Source of the DNA: Paraspadella gotoi
Lineage: Eukaryota > Animalia > Chaetognatha
DNA length: 64,000 bases
Reading direction: 5' to 3'
Assembly (NCBI GenBank): GCA_051294375.1
Contig: CM119271.1
Span: 9,269,455 to 9,333,454 of the forward strand
Shown here: positions 52,066 through 64,000 of the stretch, piece by piece
Layout: each line of letters opens with the position of its first letter
Position numbering within the stretch: position 1 is the stretch's first letter
Position numbers and translations under genes: made by a program
The notes under the pieces: generated by a model
What the model was told of the DNA's origin: nothing
Seen by the model: the letters and a program-made list of their open reading frames with translations, nothing else
Database searches by the model: none

Positions 52066-53537
52066 AGAGGACGTTTAACCGAGTTGGCGAACATGGGTGA
52101 CGTCGCCTGGTTACCATGGTGATCTGAAGACTGAAGAGATTTAGTAGAAGGTTACCCCCCCCCCGAGAAAAATAAGGAGAGAAGGGAGGGAGGAAGAGAG
52201 GCGAGGTGGAGAAGAAGGGGAGGAGAGAAAAGGAGGAGGAGAAGGAGGAAAGAGAGTAATTGGAGGAGGAGGTAGAGGAGGAGAAAGGAATGGGAAGGAA
52301 AGAGAGAAGTAGAGGAGGAGAGGGAGGAAGAGAGGGAGGAAGAGAGGGAGGAGTAAAGAAGAGAGAAGAGTTAGAGGTGAGAGGGAGGAAGGGGGAGAAG
52401 GAGAAGGAGGAAGAGAGGAGAAAGGGAAAAGGGAGAGAGAGCAAAGAAGGGAGGGGAACGCAGCTGGAGGGAAGAGAGGAAGGGACGACGACGAAATAGT
52501 CGTTGTTGTTGTTGTTGCGAGAGAAGACTAATCATTGAAACTTTCAGGAAGACGGGAAGAGGAAGAAAACAACAACAACATCGATTGCTACGACAACAAC
52601 GACGACGACAAAGAAACGATGGGCACAATTGAGTTTCAGGTGTCGAGTTTTTAACGAGGAAGTTAGAAATTCGGTCTCGTTTGGGATTCGGTGCTTAACT
52701 TGTGGAATGGAGAGTTTGAAGCGTGAGAAAAAGGAAGACGGAAAAGACGAGTATTATAGAAGAGATAAAGAAATGCAGAAAAAATGAGAAAAGGGGAGAT
52801 CGAACAAATGAAATAAAAACAGGAAAAAGATTAAAAAAGAAAATCTCCAGAAACATGGAATGTCTTCAGTCTGTACATGATATAACTTTTGTAATTATGG
52901 GATAAATGGCTTTAGGATTTTATTTGAACTTTTCTCGATACTTAATAAAAAAAAAACAACCGAAAATAATTTAACCTTTTGTACCAATGAAAAAATTAAT
53001 AATAAATTACTACGTCATTGATAGGGAAGTCGGATACTCTGGGACTCATAAACTTTACTGCGAGAGAGTCTCGATCAAAAGCTTTCAGGTCTGTGTTAAT
53101 ATCTCGTAAGAGAGATGGAAGCTGACTAAAATCAGTAGGCAATTTAGCTTATTTATTAATAGATCACTTTTTTATTGTTTGTCCCGATTTCAAATAAACA
53201 TTTAAATTATTATATTAAAATTTTAACGACGGTATGAAACCAGAAAGGCGAAAGTATAAGCGACGACTGGACCAAAAGACGAAAGGCGAAGATGAGCGAC
53301 GAACCGGCGAAGGACGAACCAGGAGAGACGATAGAAGACGAACGATTATTCCTTTCAGGAATTCGGAGTCTCTAGACGGCGTCGTGGTCGTCGTCGTCGT
53401 CGTCATCGCCCGCGGGAGTCGTTTGTCTAATCGTCACCAGCTCGGGCGCCGAAAAAACGAGGCGCCGGGGTAAGTGGGCGGCGCCCCGGGGCGGAGAACA
53501 GGTGGCGATCGCGCCTCTTGCACTCGCTCGATTGCGT

Positions 53538-53622
<85 letters not shown>

Positions 53623-53922
53623 CGACGAGAGACATGATGCAGGAGGAAAGAAGACGAGGGAAGAGGAGAGCATCGTCGACGGGGAGAACGATCTGTGAAT
53701 GTGGAGGCGGCGGCGACAGCGGCGGCGGCGGCGGCGGCGGCTGCGTCCTTGTTTACGTCGTTAATGACACGGATGGTGAAATTGTCAGCGACAAAGTGGA
53801 TTTTTGTGTCATCATCATCATGTCATCGTGTTTAGCGTCCAAACCAGCATCTTCTTGCGCCAGCGTTGATGATAACCTCGCGGTTATTTTCCTATTCTTG
53901 ATCCTTCGAAGGGCAAACTTCA

Positions 53923-54001
<79 letters not shown>

Positions 54002-54215
54002 ATCGAGTTTATCTCTCACTGTTACATTGATTTTTCTCGAATGAAATTGAAACGACCGATAAAAAAAAATTTATCTTTGAAGTCATTGTCCTCATTGTAT
54101 TCGTCATCGTCGTCGTCGTCGTCATCGTCGTCATCGTCGTCGTCGTCGTAAACTGGAAGTCATTTCCGCCTCAACGATTTCGCTCGACGGAAGGAAAGTT
54201 GTTTGCGTCCTCACG

Positions 54216-54685
54216 GGTGACGTTACTGTATTGTCTGAATTTAACAACTTGCAGGTGACGAAGCTGTATCTCCTGGTTTTCCTAGTGACGTTACTGTATT
54301 GTCCGAGTTTCACAGCTTGCTTGTATCGGTCGACAAGACTGCATTGCCGATGTTAAGTGCATTTTGGGTGAAATGACTGCATCTGCGATTCTATATCTTT
54401 GATATTTACAACTTTGATGGTGACACGACTGTATCACCCACGTTATTGGCTTCGCTAGCGCCTCGTTGACGGCTTTGAAGGTAACATAACTGTATTTTCA
54501 GTGTCAACATCTTTGCTTGGGGACGACATTGAACCGTGTCCCTTTGCTTTGTCAATTTACGTTCTCGACATGCTTCACGGCCTCGCAGGTGCCGTCACTG
54601 TATCCTCGATGTTTACGGCTTCGGCAGGTGTCCTCTCTGTAAATCGAGAGTTTATGGCTTCTCAGGTGTCGTCACTGTATCTCAT
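54216..54685. repeat. Highly diverged ~38-39-bp tandem array with core GGTGACGTYACTGTAT
   Basis: Core motif variants start at 54216, 54254, 54284, 54328, 54367, 54419, 54480, 54519, 54588, 54627 and 54665. Confidence 0.75.
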
Positions 54686-54765
54686 TCGTCATCTTTGCTT
54701 ATTTCCCTCAGGCATGACGCCTCTTCTATTTTCGCTCTTCTAGTTTGGATGACGATCTTTGATTT

Positions 54766-55080
54766 TTCTTTTAGTTGCGCGGAACAACTCTATAAGTCAC
54801 TTTTCAGTTGGTCGGTCGGTCGGAATGTCTGTCCGTCGCTCTGTCCCTCTTTCAATAAGACAGGAAAAAAAACAATTCAAATCTAACGGACTGCTCGCAC
54901 CGCCTTCAGGAAATCCTAAAACTATAAAGAATAAAAGACGGAAATCCTATGCAGTGCGTGTTGTAAATGCAAATACAATATAAAGACGTTTGTTATACAT
55001 AAATTTCCTAGTCATGTAGTCGTGTGAAATACACGTGAAAAGAAAGTTACTGAGGTGCAACACATTGGATGGACCGATCT
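54766..55080 (+). mobile_element. DINE-1/HINE-like element, family A, partial
   Basis: ttttagttgcgcggaacaactctataagtcacttttc-(GTCG)n...ggactgctcgcaccgccttcaggaaatcctaaaactataaagaataaaag matches the other family A copies. Confidence 0.65.
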
Positions 55081-56665
55081 TGTTGGTTATTTTGATAACA
55101 TTTGAACAAAAACAAATGTCACATGTTACCTCGCGTCGGGTCGGTCTTTTTCTTAGGTTATTTCAGTTGACCTTATCTGACCTTATCTTTTCACCGATAT
55201 AGTCGCTTTCTCGCTGCTTTCTTTTCGCTGAGATTACGTGAAACTTGTTATTCGATCAGAATCATAATCATAAAAAAATGATCGTCCGTCCGGGACCGTA
55301 GTACTAGTAATAGTTTTTCTGATTATAAGTTAAGCGTGTAATTCCCATTCCATTCTTTCTAATCTCATTAATTAATTCCCATCCAATCATCATCGTTCAT
55401 TTTTCCCATCGTCAATCGTCATTTTTTCTGTCATCTTCACGTTTTCCATTGTCAACCTTCATTTTTTCCCCATCTTTGCCCTCGATATTTCCCATCATCA
55501 TCCCAAAATCTTTCCCATCGTCATCTCTTCAATTTTCCCATCGTCACCCCTTCCATTTTTTCCCAACTTTGCTCTCAATATTTCCCATCGTCATCCCTTC
55601 ATATTTCCCCTTGTCATCCGTCCATTTTCCCTAGCATTATCCCACAATATTCCCCATCGTCACCCCTCCATTTTTCCCATCTTTGCCCCAATATTTCCCA
55701 TCGTCAACCTTCCATTTTTCTCGTCGTTACCGTCCATTTTTCTGGACAAACGACTCCGCGTCGAACGGAACCCAAGAAATAGATTACGGAAAAAAAAAGA
55801 GGAAAGAGCGAAAAAAAAAGCAAATACAATATAAAGACGTTTGTTATACATAAATTTCCTAGTCATGTAGTCTGTGAAAATACACGTGAAAAGAAAGTTA
55901 CTGAGGTTACAACACATTGGATGGACCGATCTTGTTGGTTATTTTTGATAACATTTGAACAAAAACAAATGTCACATGTTACCTCGCTGGGTCGGTCTTT
56001 TTCTTAGGTTATTTCAGTGAACCTTATCTGACCTTATCTTTTCACCAATATAGTCGCTTTCTCGCTGCTTTCTTTTCGCTGAGATTACGTGCAACTTGTT
56101 ATTCGATCAGAATCATAATCATAAAAAAATGATCGTCCGTCCGGGACCGTAGTACTAGTAATAGTTTTTCTGATTATAAAGTTAAGCGTGTAATTCCCAT
56201 TCCATTCTTTCTATATCTCATTAATTAATTCCCATCCAATCATCATCGTTCATTTTTCCATCGTCAATCGTCATTTTTCTGTCACTTCACGTTTTCCATT
56301 GTCAACCTCATTTTTCCCCAATCTTTGCCCTCGATTTTCCCATCTCATCCCAAAATCTTTCCCATCGTCATTCTCTTCAATTTTCCCATAGTCACCCCTT
56401 CCATTTTTTTCTCAACTCTTGCTCTCAATATTTCCCAATCGTCATCCCTTCATATTTCCCCTTGTCATCCGTCCATTTTCCCTAGCATTATCCCACAATT
56501 ATTCCCCCATCGTCACCCCTCCATTTTTCCCATCTTTTGCCCCCATATTTTCCATCGTCAACCTTCCATTTTTCTCGTCGTTACCGGTCCATTTTTTCTG
56601 GACAAACGCCCTGCCGCGTCGAACGAACCCAAGAAATAGATTACGAAAAAAAAGAAGGAAAAGCG
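54972..56665 (+). repeat. ~850-bp tandem duplication (54972-55822 / 55823-56665) containing a degenerate TTCCCATCGTCA minisatellite
   Basis: Both units start aatacaatataaagacgtttgttatacat and are collinear, differing mostly by small indels. Confidence 0.9.
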
Positions 56666-56715
56666 AAAAAAAAAATTTTTTTCGGGTGGGTGGGGAATAA
56701 CCATTTCGTTTCTCT

Positions 56716-56804
<89 letters not shown>

Positions 56805-58049
56805 GTCATATCTCAACCCGGATTCGAATNNNNNNNNNNNNNNNNNNNNNNNNNCTTACCCGTCGTCGTGATTGTTGTTGTTGTCGTCGTCGTTGTTGTC
56901 GTCGTCCTTATTGTTTTTCCCCCTCTTACATGATTTTTCCATTGTTTTACATATTTTTAATAATTTCATGACTTAGTAAACAAATCAATGACCCGGAATT
57001 AAAGTAAGTTCAATTTACGCGGAATACAAACATAAATGCAGTTATTTCAATAATATAATAAATTAAATCCAAAGTTTTTTTTTCCGGGAACTTGAGGTTA
57101 GTCCTTATTTTTACGTTTATTGCAGAATCGGAAGCCCTACTTCGACTTATTACCTCATGACCTCTTTATATTCATCGCCTTCCCTAACTTACCCTCGATT
57201 CTCGGTGACTTTCCGCGATTTTACGAGAATTACTTTTCCTTTCCAGTATCCCGGGGTCTTTCGCCTTTGCTTCTCTTCGCTTTTACTTTGCTTTTTCTTT
57301 GCTTTTCGCTTTTTAAAGTCTTATTCTGGATTTCCGGGGGAAACTTTTTTTCTTTAAGTCGTAAAGTAGGACTGTCGTTAGGTCTCTCGTTTTCCCAATT
57401 CGTCCAACTTATTCTTTAACTTACCTTTCAACTAGATTCACGACAGTTAAATCTGTCTTCTGCCTTCGCTGACTTCTCTATTTTTTCTTTTCTTTTCCCA
57501 TCCTTTCCCCTCTCTTATCTTCTATGCATCTTCTCTCTTTTTCGTTGTATCTTTCCTCTCTCATCTTTCGCTCTTACTTCTCTTTCTTGTCTCTCTCTCT
57601 CTCCTTTCTCTCTTCCCTCTCTAACTTTCCTCTCTTGACATTTCCTTTCACCAAAACTTCCCCGAGGTCATTTCCCTTGATTTACCCCGAAGGATTTCCT
57701 TCTTCCTTTATCTTTTTCGTCTCCTTCCCTCATCTGTTTAAAATCTTCCTCTTCTTCTTTCTCCTTCTTTCATTGTCTTCTTCGTCTCCTTCCCTCATCC
57801 TTTTAAAATCTTCCTCTCCTTCTTTCTCCTTCTTCCTTTGTCTTTTTCGTCTCCTTCCCCTCATCCTTTTAAACTCTTTTCTCTCCTTCTTCCGTCTTCT
57901 TCGTCATCTTCCTTTTCTTTTTTTTCTTTTCTTTCCTCCCTCTTTCCTCCCTTTCACCCTCTACCTCCACTCTTCTTTACTCATATTTTTTCTTCCCTCT
58001 CTTCATTTATCGTCACTCCTCTAAATCACTCTCCTTTTCGCAGATTAAA

Positions 58050-58530
58050 TTCGACCAATCAGCGATCCTCCTTTGTCCAAACCACTCGAATTCCAACCAA
58101 TCAGATCGTTTCATTTCTATTCAGCCTGTTGGCTAAAAGGCATCGACGCGATACGACTTTTACAACGTAAAGTGACGGATATTGCGTGGATTTTTGTGGC
58201 GTGACTGATGACGTGGCAGACGTGGCGCTACTGAAAGAACTCGTTTCGACGACAAAAACGACGACGTGTCCCTACGAACAGACGCGTTGACGCCGACGCC
58301 GACGAAAAGAAATGAAAAAAAGCGCCGGTTTCTTTCTTCGTCGTTGAGAAAAGACGCCGGGGGATGGAATCGGACGACGCCGGCCTGGGATGGCGACGCC
58401 GGCCTGGGATGGCGACGCCGGGCTGGGATGGCAACGCCGCCGGCGTCTCTCACTTCCGGTCAGGAGTCAATCGACTCCTTCTCGCGGAATTCCGAGGTTC
58501 GTGGGAATTTCGGGATTCGGGAAGTTACGT
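58050..58530. promoter_or_regulatory. Possible intronic promoter/enhancer-like CpG-rich island
   Basis: Two CCAATCAG boxes (~58055, ~58097), TGACGTGG and GACGTGG (~58208-58226), ETS-like CACTTCCGG (~58451). Motif content only. Confidence 0.3.
58375..58445. repeat. 19-bp GC-rich tandem repeat GACGCCGGCCTGGGATGGC x3-4
   Basis: Units directly visible. Confidence 0.85.
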
Positions 58531-59127
58531 TAGGGGGGCGGGCCGGGTAGGGGGGACGGGAGGGGTGATTTCGGGGGGGGGGGGGGGTGAGGAGAGGGAA
58601 AGGGTGGATGGGGTAAGTTGAAGGTAAGACTCGGCGTCCTTACCTTCTTCGGTTATCGAGTCTCTGAATTGAGGGTCCTTTGCGTTTATTTTACGTCATT
58701 TGGAGGTTTAGACGGGTCGTGTGTTTTTATATGTTTCGATATTTCTATGCTTCTTTGAAGACATATTCATTTTAGATTCATCTTAATTTCTCTATTTTGC
58801 GGTTTTGTTTTTGACGTTCGTTGTCACGGTTGTTATCAGGCCATCGTCGTCATGCATTCATACTTTTCAACATTAACAATTAACAATTTCGTTAGATTTT
58901 TTGAATCAGTATTCAATATCCATTGATTTCGTGATTTTAATTTTTGAATCACCCCTGTAAAAAATATAAGGGGCGGAGGAGGAGAAGAAAGTGACCAGTT
59001 GGAAGTGACCCTTTAACCTTTTCTTCTCTCTCCTGGTGATAGAAGACAGATCGTGGCTGTCACAGATCTATGATAAAAGACTCTTTCGGGTGTGACACAC
59101 ACAAAATACGATGACGATGATGTTAAG

Positions 59128-59176
<49 letters not shown>

Positions 59177-59629
59177 AAAAGTAGGAAAAAACAAAAATAG
59201 ATTCAAGGTCAAGAATGAAATAATTCGCGAAACAGAAACAGCGCCACTGGAAAATCTCTCTAAGATTTTCACTGTTAGATTTAATTTGACTTTTTTTTCA
59301 AAAGAGTTTATTGTTTCCCAAAGTTAGCGTGGAAATAATGTTTACGCCGAAATTTCATCCATTTCTATAACCTCTCAGTCAGACGTTATTATTAAATTAT
59401 ACTATTACCGCCGTACAATTTTGCAAAACAACTTTAAAAAAAATAGGAAAAAAATATAAAAAAACAAAGAGCAACTTTTAAAAACCAGTTTCGAAAAACC
59501 CCTGAGGCTACTTTCTTTAAGCTTCAGCAAACTTTATCAATTTAACCAACTGCCGTAGCTAAACCACAAACGAAAAATATCAAAACTGCAATATGCAAAT
59601 GAGATTAAAGGAAAAATCGCCAAACTCAC

Positions 59630-59817
59630 CTCGGCGTGATGCCGTCCGCAGAAAACGTTGCCGTCCTTGTGAAAGTAGATGAGGTCGACGAGGAGCTCGT
59701 TGCAGGTGTAACAGACGAAGCAGGCCGGGTGCCAGCAGGTGCCGCTGCCCGCCCGTGTCGCCCACACCGTCATGTCGCCTCCGCAGATGCCGTCACCGCA
59801 GTGGACGCATCGGGTGC
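59630..59817 (-). CDS. pk: Prickle exon, LIM domain 1
   Basis: (G)[62 protein letters not shown]. Acceptor cccacttag|GC completes a Gly codon with the previous exon. Donor GAG|gtgagt (phase 0), 188 nt. Confidence 0.95.
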
Positions 59818-60295
59818 CTAAGTGGGATGTTGAAGAGGGTTGTGGAGGGAAGAGTGGGGGAAAGAGTGGGGTGTGGAGGGAACAGTGGGTACAGACGTTT
59901 AGTTGGCTGCGTATAGGAGGGCAACTATGTCTGAAATAAGAGAAGCGTCTTGCCAGAATAACAATAGGTTCAAAAGATACAGCTTTACTATAGAATTCGC
60001 ATTTCAAGTGAATCTTATGTACTTGGATATAGGAGATTAAAATTAGATTTAGATTAAACTCAATTAGATTTAACACTACAATATGCAAATGAGATTGAGA
60101 AATTCAAGATCATATTAAATAATTATCTGTTACAAAGTGTTCAGGGCGAAGCTGTTGACTATCATTGAGAAATAGAAGTAAAACGATTTTTAGTTTTATC
60201 TAAAAAGTACGTATATCTCTTTTGTATTTTCGACTTCGTCTGAATATCGATGATCTGGAGATTAGAAGGAGAGTGAGAGCAGAGAGAGAGAGAGA

Positions 60296-60347
<52 letters not shown>

Positions 60348-60491
60348 TGAAATAATGAATACTAAAGTCTTTACTATCTTTACAAAAGATAGAAAGATAA
60401 AAAATAAACAAAAAACAAAGAAAGAAACAAGAAAACCACATTTTTCTCATCGCTCTCCTTCTCCCATTCGAAGCCACGCCTCCTAACTCAC

Positions 60492-60690
60492 CCGCCATGG
60501 TCAGAGGGTAAGGCCTCACGGTCCCGCGACCCAACGATTCTTTCTTCCGCTGCGTGGCGAACAGCCGCAGTTCCCTCGCTTCCTCCTCCGTCAACGCGTT
60601 GCAGTAGCGCGCCTCGTTGTCGTGCGGCGGCAGCTGCTGCAGCAGCTGCTTGATGCGGTACTTTTCCCCGATGCTGTTCACGTAGGGAAC
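60492..60690 (-). CDS. pk: Prickle exon, PET domain (first exon visible in the window; N-terminal exons presumably beyond 64000)
   Basis: Translates [66 protein letters not shown], the PET core of Prickle/Testin. Acceptor tcatttccag|GTT (phase 0), donor GCG G|gtgagt (phase 1), 199 nt. Confidence 0.95.
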
Positions 60691-61038
60691 CTGGAAATGA
60701 GGGATGAGTGAGGGGGAAAAAGGGGTCGGTGAGGTTTCCTTGGGTACGAGGGTAGGTGAGTTTAGCAGCTGAGGGTGCAGCGAATGAACCAGTATGATCG
60801 CAGCGTCTTCAGGTTCGCCGAAACTCGAGACGGAAATGAATGCGTACAAATTGTTATTTTTTTTTCTACTTTCGTCGGAAAAGAGGGAAGGGTGAGGAAG
60901 AAGTGAGGTGAAGAAAGGATTAGACGTTAGTGATCGACAAAGGGAAATGGGTGGAATAAGGAGCGCGAGAGAAAGAAAAGGAGAATGCCGTGAGGGGGGG
61001 GAAGGTTTAATCTCTGACTTTGCCGTTTTCTCATTTTC

Positions 61039-61119
<81 letters not shown>

Positions 61120-62344
61120 TTATTCTTTGCGACGCGTATTTGATTTACACCTGCTGCTCAGAATTAATTCGGTGTTTTCATTTCTTTTCTTTATTTTTTT
61201 TCTCTCTCGATCGCTTGTCGATTGTTTTTATTTTTTTTCGCGAGAAATTCTTATATCGACAAAAAAAAGATGTGATATTGTTCACATTATCGGATAAGTT
61301 TTAGAATAAATCGAGATGTTTGTTGGAGAAAATCGATGAAACCATATCTAACCAGAATAATAAAAGTTTGCGAAAATTGACAAAATAAAAAAAGGAAAAA
61401 TAAATAGAATGAAGGACGCTGTAGTATATTAGTAGTATGTAGTATGTAGTATATTAGTATGTAGTATATAATTCAACGTTCAATACTCTTCACGTGACCG
61501 GGTTCAACCTCCTCAACCAAAAACGTGCGATTCAGATGTCGAAACCTTTTTTCGTAACACTTGCATATAAGTTGAAAGGCGACTGATATATCTGTATTTA
61601 TTCTTTTTGAAATGCAATGATCAACTGATTTTGCATAGGCTTTAATAATTATTTCTCTTCACTCTAATAACAATTTAACCTTAAATCAGTTTAATTTTTA
61701 CGATAATGAAAAAAAAATATAGCAGAATGACAGAGATAACGTCGCTTTTCCACGAGACTAAAAAAGAAAGCGAGAAACCAAAGAAAATATACCAAAGGGT
61801 GAGGCCCGATGACCTCCAACTCACCCTATCGTCAACCTCGCCTTCCTTACTCACCTCGCCCGCCACACCCCCTCCTTCGGAAGGAAACCGGTACCATTTC
61901 TCAAAATCCGCGACCGACAAAGTTCGTGGCTTCACGATTCCGTTTTATCCTTCCTCATTCATTGACTGACCGACCGACCGACGGGCGAGCGGGCGACCCG
62001 GGCACACGTCACGGCCAGCTGCTGGATGGTCAAATCGGGGTTAGGGGATGCCCCCCGGGTTGAGGGGGGGTGGAGGGCTTGCGCGAGTCTGAGGACTATG
62101 CACGAGACAAGAAATAAAAAGGGATTTTGGGTCTAGTTTTTTGTCACTTCAGGAATGCGCTTTTAGAGTTTCACTATCCATTCGTTTAATAAATAAGCCA
62201 TCTTGACCTTGATTTTGGACGGGGTAAATATTTCAGGAGGGATAATAATATCGAATAGGAATTTATAAATAATAAGCTAAAACTTGATAATTTTACTTTT
62301 CATTCCTCCTTCAAATGAGACGCCGATTTTAAATACGTCAACCT

Positions 62345-62905
62345 TTTTTTACTTGCGCCACGAGTACTCGCGGACCAACTCTATAAGTTACTTTTCGGAC
62401 GGTCGGTCGGTCGGTCCGTCTTTATGTCTGTCCGTCGGTCTGTCCCACTTAAGTTAAAAATGCATATAATTTGCCTATAGTAGGTTGCTCATTTGTTAGA
62501 CAGGAAAAAACCTCAAATCAAAGGGACTGCTAGCGCCGCTTTCAGGAAATAAAAGACAAAAGACAAAATTCCGATGCAGTGCGTGTCATAAATACACTGG
62601 CTAAGAAAGTTGAGGTATCCATGTTGTCATGTCATGTCACGTCGTCATGTCATGTAATGTCATGTCATGTCACAAGAAACACACGTGATAAGGCTGTCAC
62701 TGCGGCGCAACACATTTGAATTACCGTTCTTGTTCTCTTTTATTTTTTCTTCTTCTCTTCTCTCCTATTCTCTCAATCCACTTTATTTTAATTTCCTTTT
62801 CCCTCTTCCTTCCTCACCCTGTCCCCCTCTTCTCCCCTTACACCTTCTATCCCTCCTGTCCTCCTCCTCCTCCTCCTCTCTCGGCCCAGCGGAGGCGTCT
62901 GGATA
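62345..62905 (+). mobile_element. DINE-1/HINE-like element, family A
   Basis: T-run, CGAGTACTCG palindrome, CAACTCTATAAG, (GGTC)n/(GTCT)n, core AAGGGACTGCTAGCGCCGCTTTCAGGAAAT, and (CATGT)n at 62620-62672. Homologous to 23128-23758 (reverse) and 54766-55080. Confidence 0.7.
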
Positions 62906-64000
62906 TTTTTCGTGCTTTTGCTTCCACTTTGCTGCTCAGTCGATCGAAACCCAACCCCGGCTCTTTTTCCATCTTTCTTTCTTTTTTTTTTAATTCTTTT
63001 TTTTTTTCTTTTTTGTTCTTAAAGAAGAAAAAAAATGTAATTGAGGCAGTTTTTACCATTCCCCTTTCAAACAATATATTTCCTTGCAATGTCGCGTATT
63101 TTTTGGGGTTTTATTTTTATTACTGACATCCCTTTCCATAACTACTTCGGTTTTTTTAGTTTGTTTTTTTATTTATTTCAGGAGCAAATACTTTCTACCC
63201 AGGCTATTTTAATCTTTTGTTTTCATCCCGACGCCTTTCTACACAATTTTGCGTTTTAAAACTTTTTCGAAAAACTGGAGCAGACCACTTTTCAATTTTT
63301 TTTTGCTCACAAAGCGATTTTTCAGGCTTCACGGTTCATCGCCGTGACCTTTTCGACCTTTTGAGCAGCATTAACCGGATGGCGAAGTATCAGCGAAAAA
63401 AAAAACAGCATCAACGATGCATCAAAGGTCGTTTTAAGTATTAAATTTAATATTTAATTATTAAAATTCTTTAAAAAAAAAATGTCGACCGACGTTCTGG
63501 CAAACAAGAGGAAATTCATCTTTGTTATTCATATCTTTTTTATATAAATTTTTTTTGGTCTTTTGTTTTTGTTTTTTTTCTCTATTCTTAGAACAAAAAC
63601 AAATATGACGTATCAAAGGCGCCATCGCGCGGTCGGGAAAGCCGATACACGATTCGCTTCCCTTAGCCTCGGGGCGCCGCGAGCAAACATTCGGGGCGTT
63701 TACGACCAGAAGGAAGATTAATATAGCATCGATACATGAAACTTTTTTCGTTAGGCAATGAAAATACAGAAAGCCGACTCCGGAGAATCGGTAGACGGTC
63801 TCCTCGGCTTTAATGCCGCGTACTCTCTCTCTCTCTCTGCGGCTTTATACCCTCGACTTGAGTATTCTTTTTCCCAGGGTGGGAAGTGGATATAAAGAGA
63901 ACCGTTACGAGTTCGAAAACTGGATTAACATTCTGATCTCCGGCGAAATCCTTTTACGCGGGACTCGACTCGTTTTATATTGAGTCGCCGAGGAGTGCGG

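Noticed and set aside
53640-53925. Protein-like minus-strand stretches (MKFALRRIKNRK...; DDDDTKIHFVADNFTIRVIND)
   Set aside because: Frames are interrupted by stops, there are no usable splice sites, and no recognisable homology.
54216-54685. CRISPR array
   Set aside because: Eukaryotic intron, no cas genes, degenerate repeats, and linkers that are related to one another and irregular in length.

Overview
This is eukaryotic (metazoan) draft-genome sequence, AT-rich and saturated with (GA)n, (GTC)n and (AAAAG)n microsatellites, with many N gaps. Almost the whole window is one minus-strand gene, a prickle orthologue (PET + 3 LIM domains). Six coding exons were reconstructed by hand with GT-AG boundaries and consistent phases: 60690-60492, 59817-59630, 32666-32536, 29156-29068, 11152-11018 and 9213-7047, together 2909 nt (~969 aa). 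The 5' exons probably lie beyond 64000, and the expected CaaX-bearing last exon was not found (possibly in a gap). The introns contain a 5'-truncated LINE with a WVDD catalytic motif and a long target-site duplication, several DINE-1/HINE (Helentron-like) non-autonomous elements, a tRNA-derived SINE-like element and several minisatellites. Several kb-scale near-duplicates with indel noise, plus one palindrome centred on a degraded PacBio SMRTbell adapter, indicate that parts of the window are raw long-read gap fill. Nearly all ORFs in the supplied track are microsatellite or N-gap artefacts. No prokaryotic system or CRISPR array is supported. All counts are manual and repeat boundaries are approximate.
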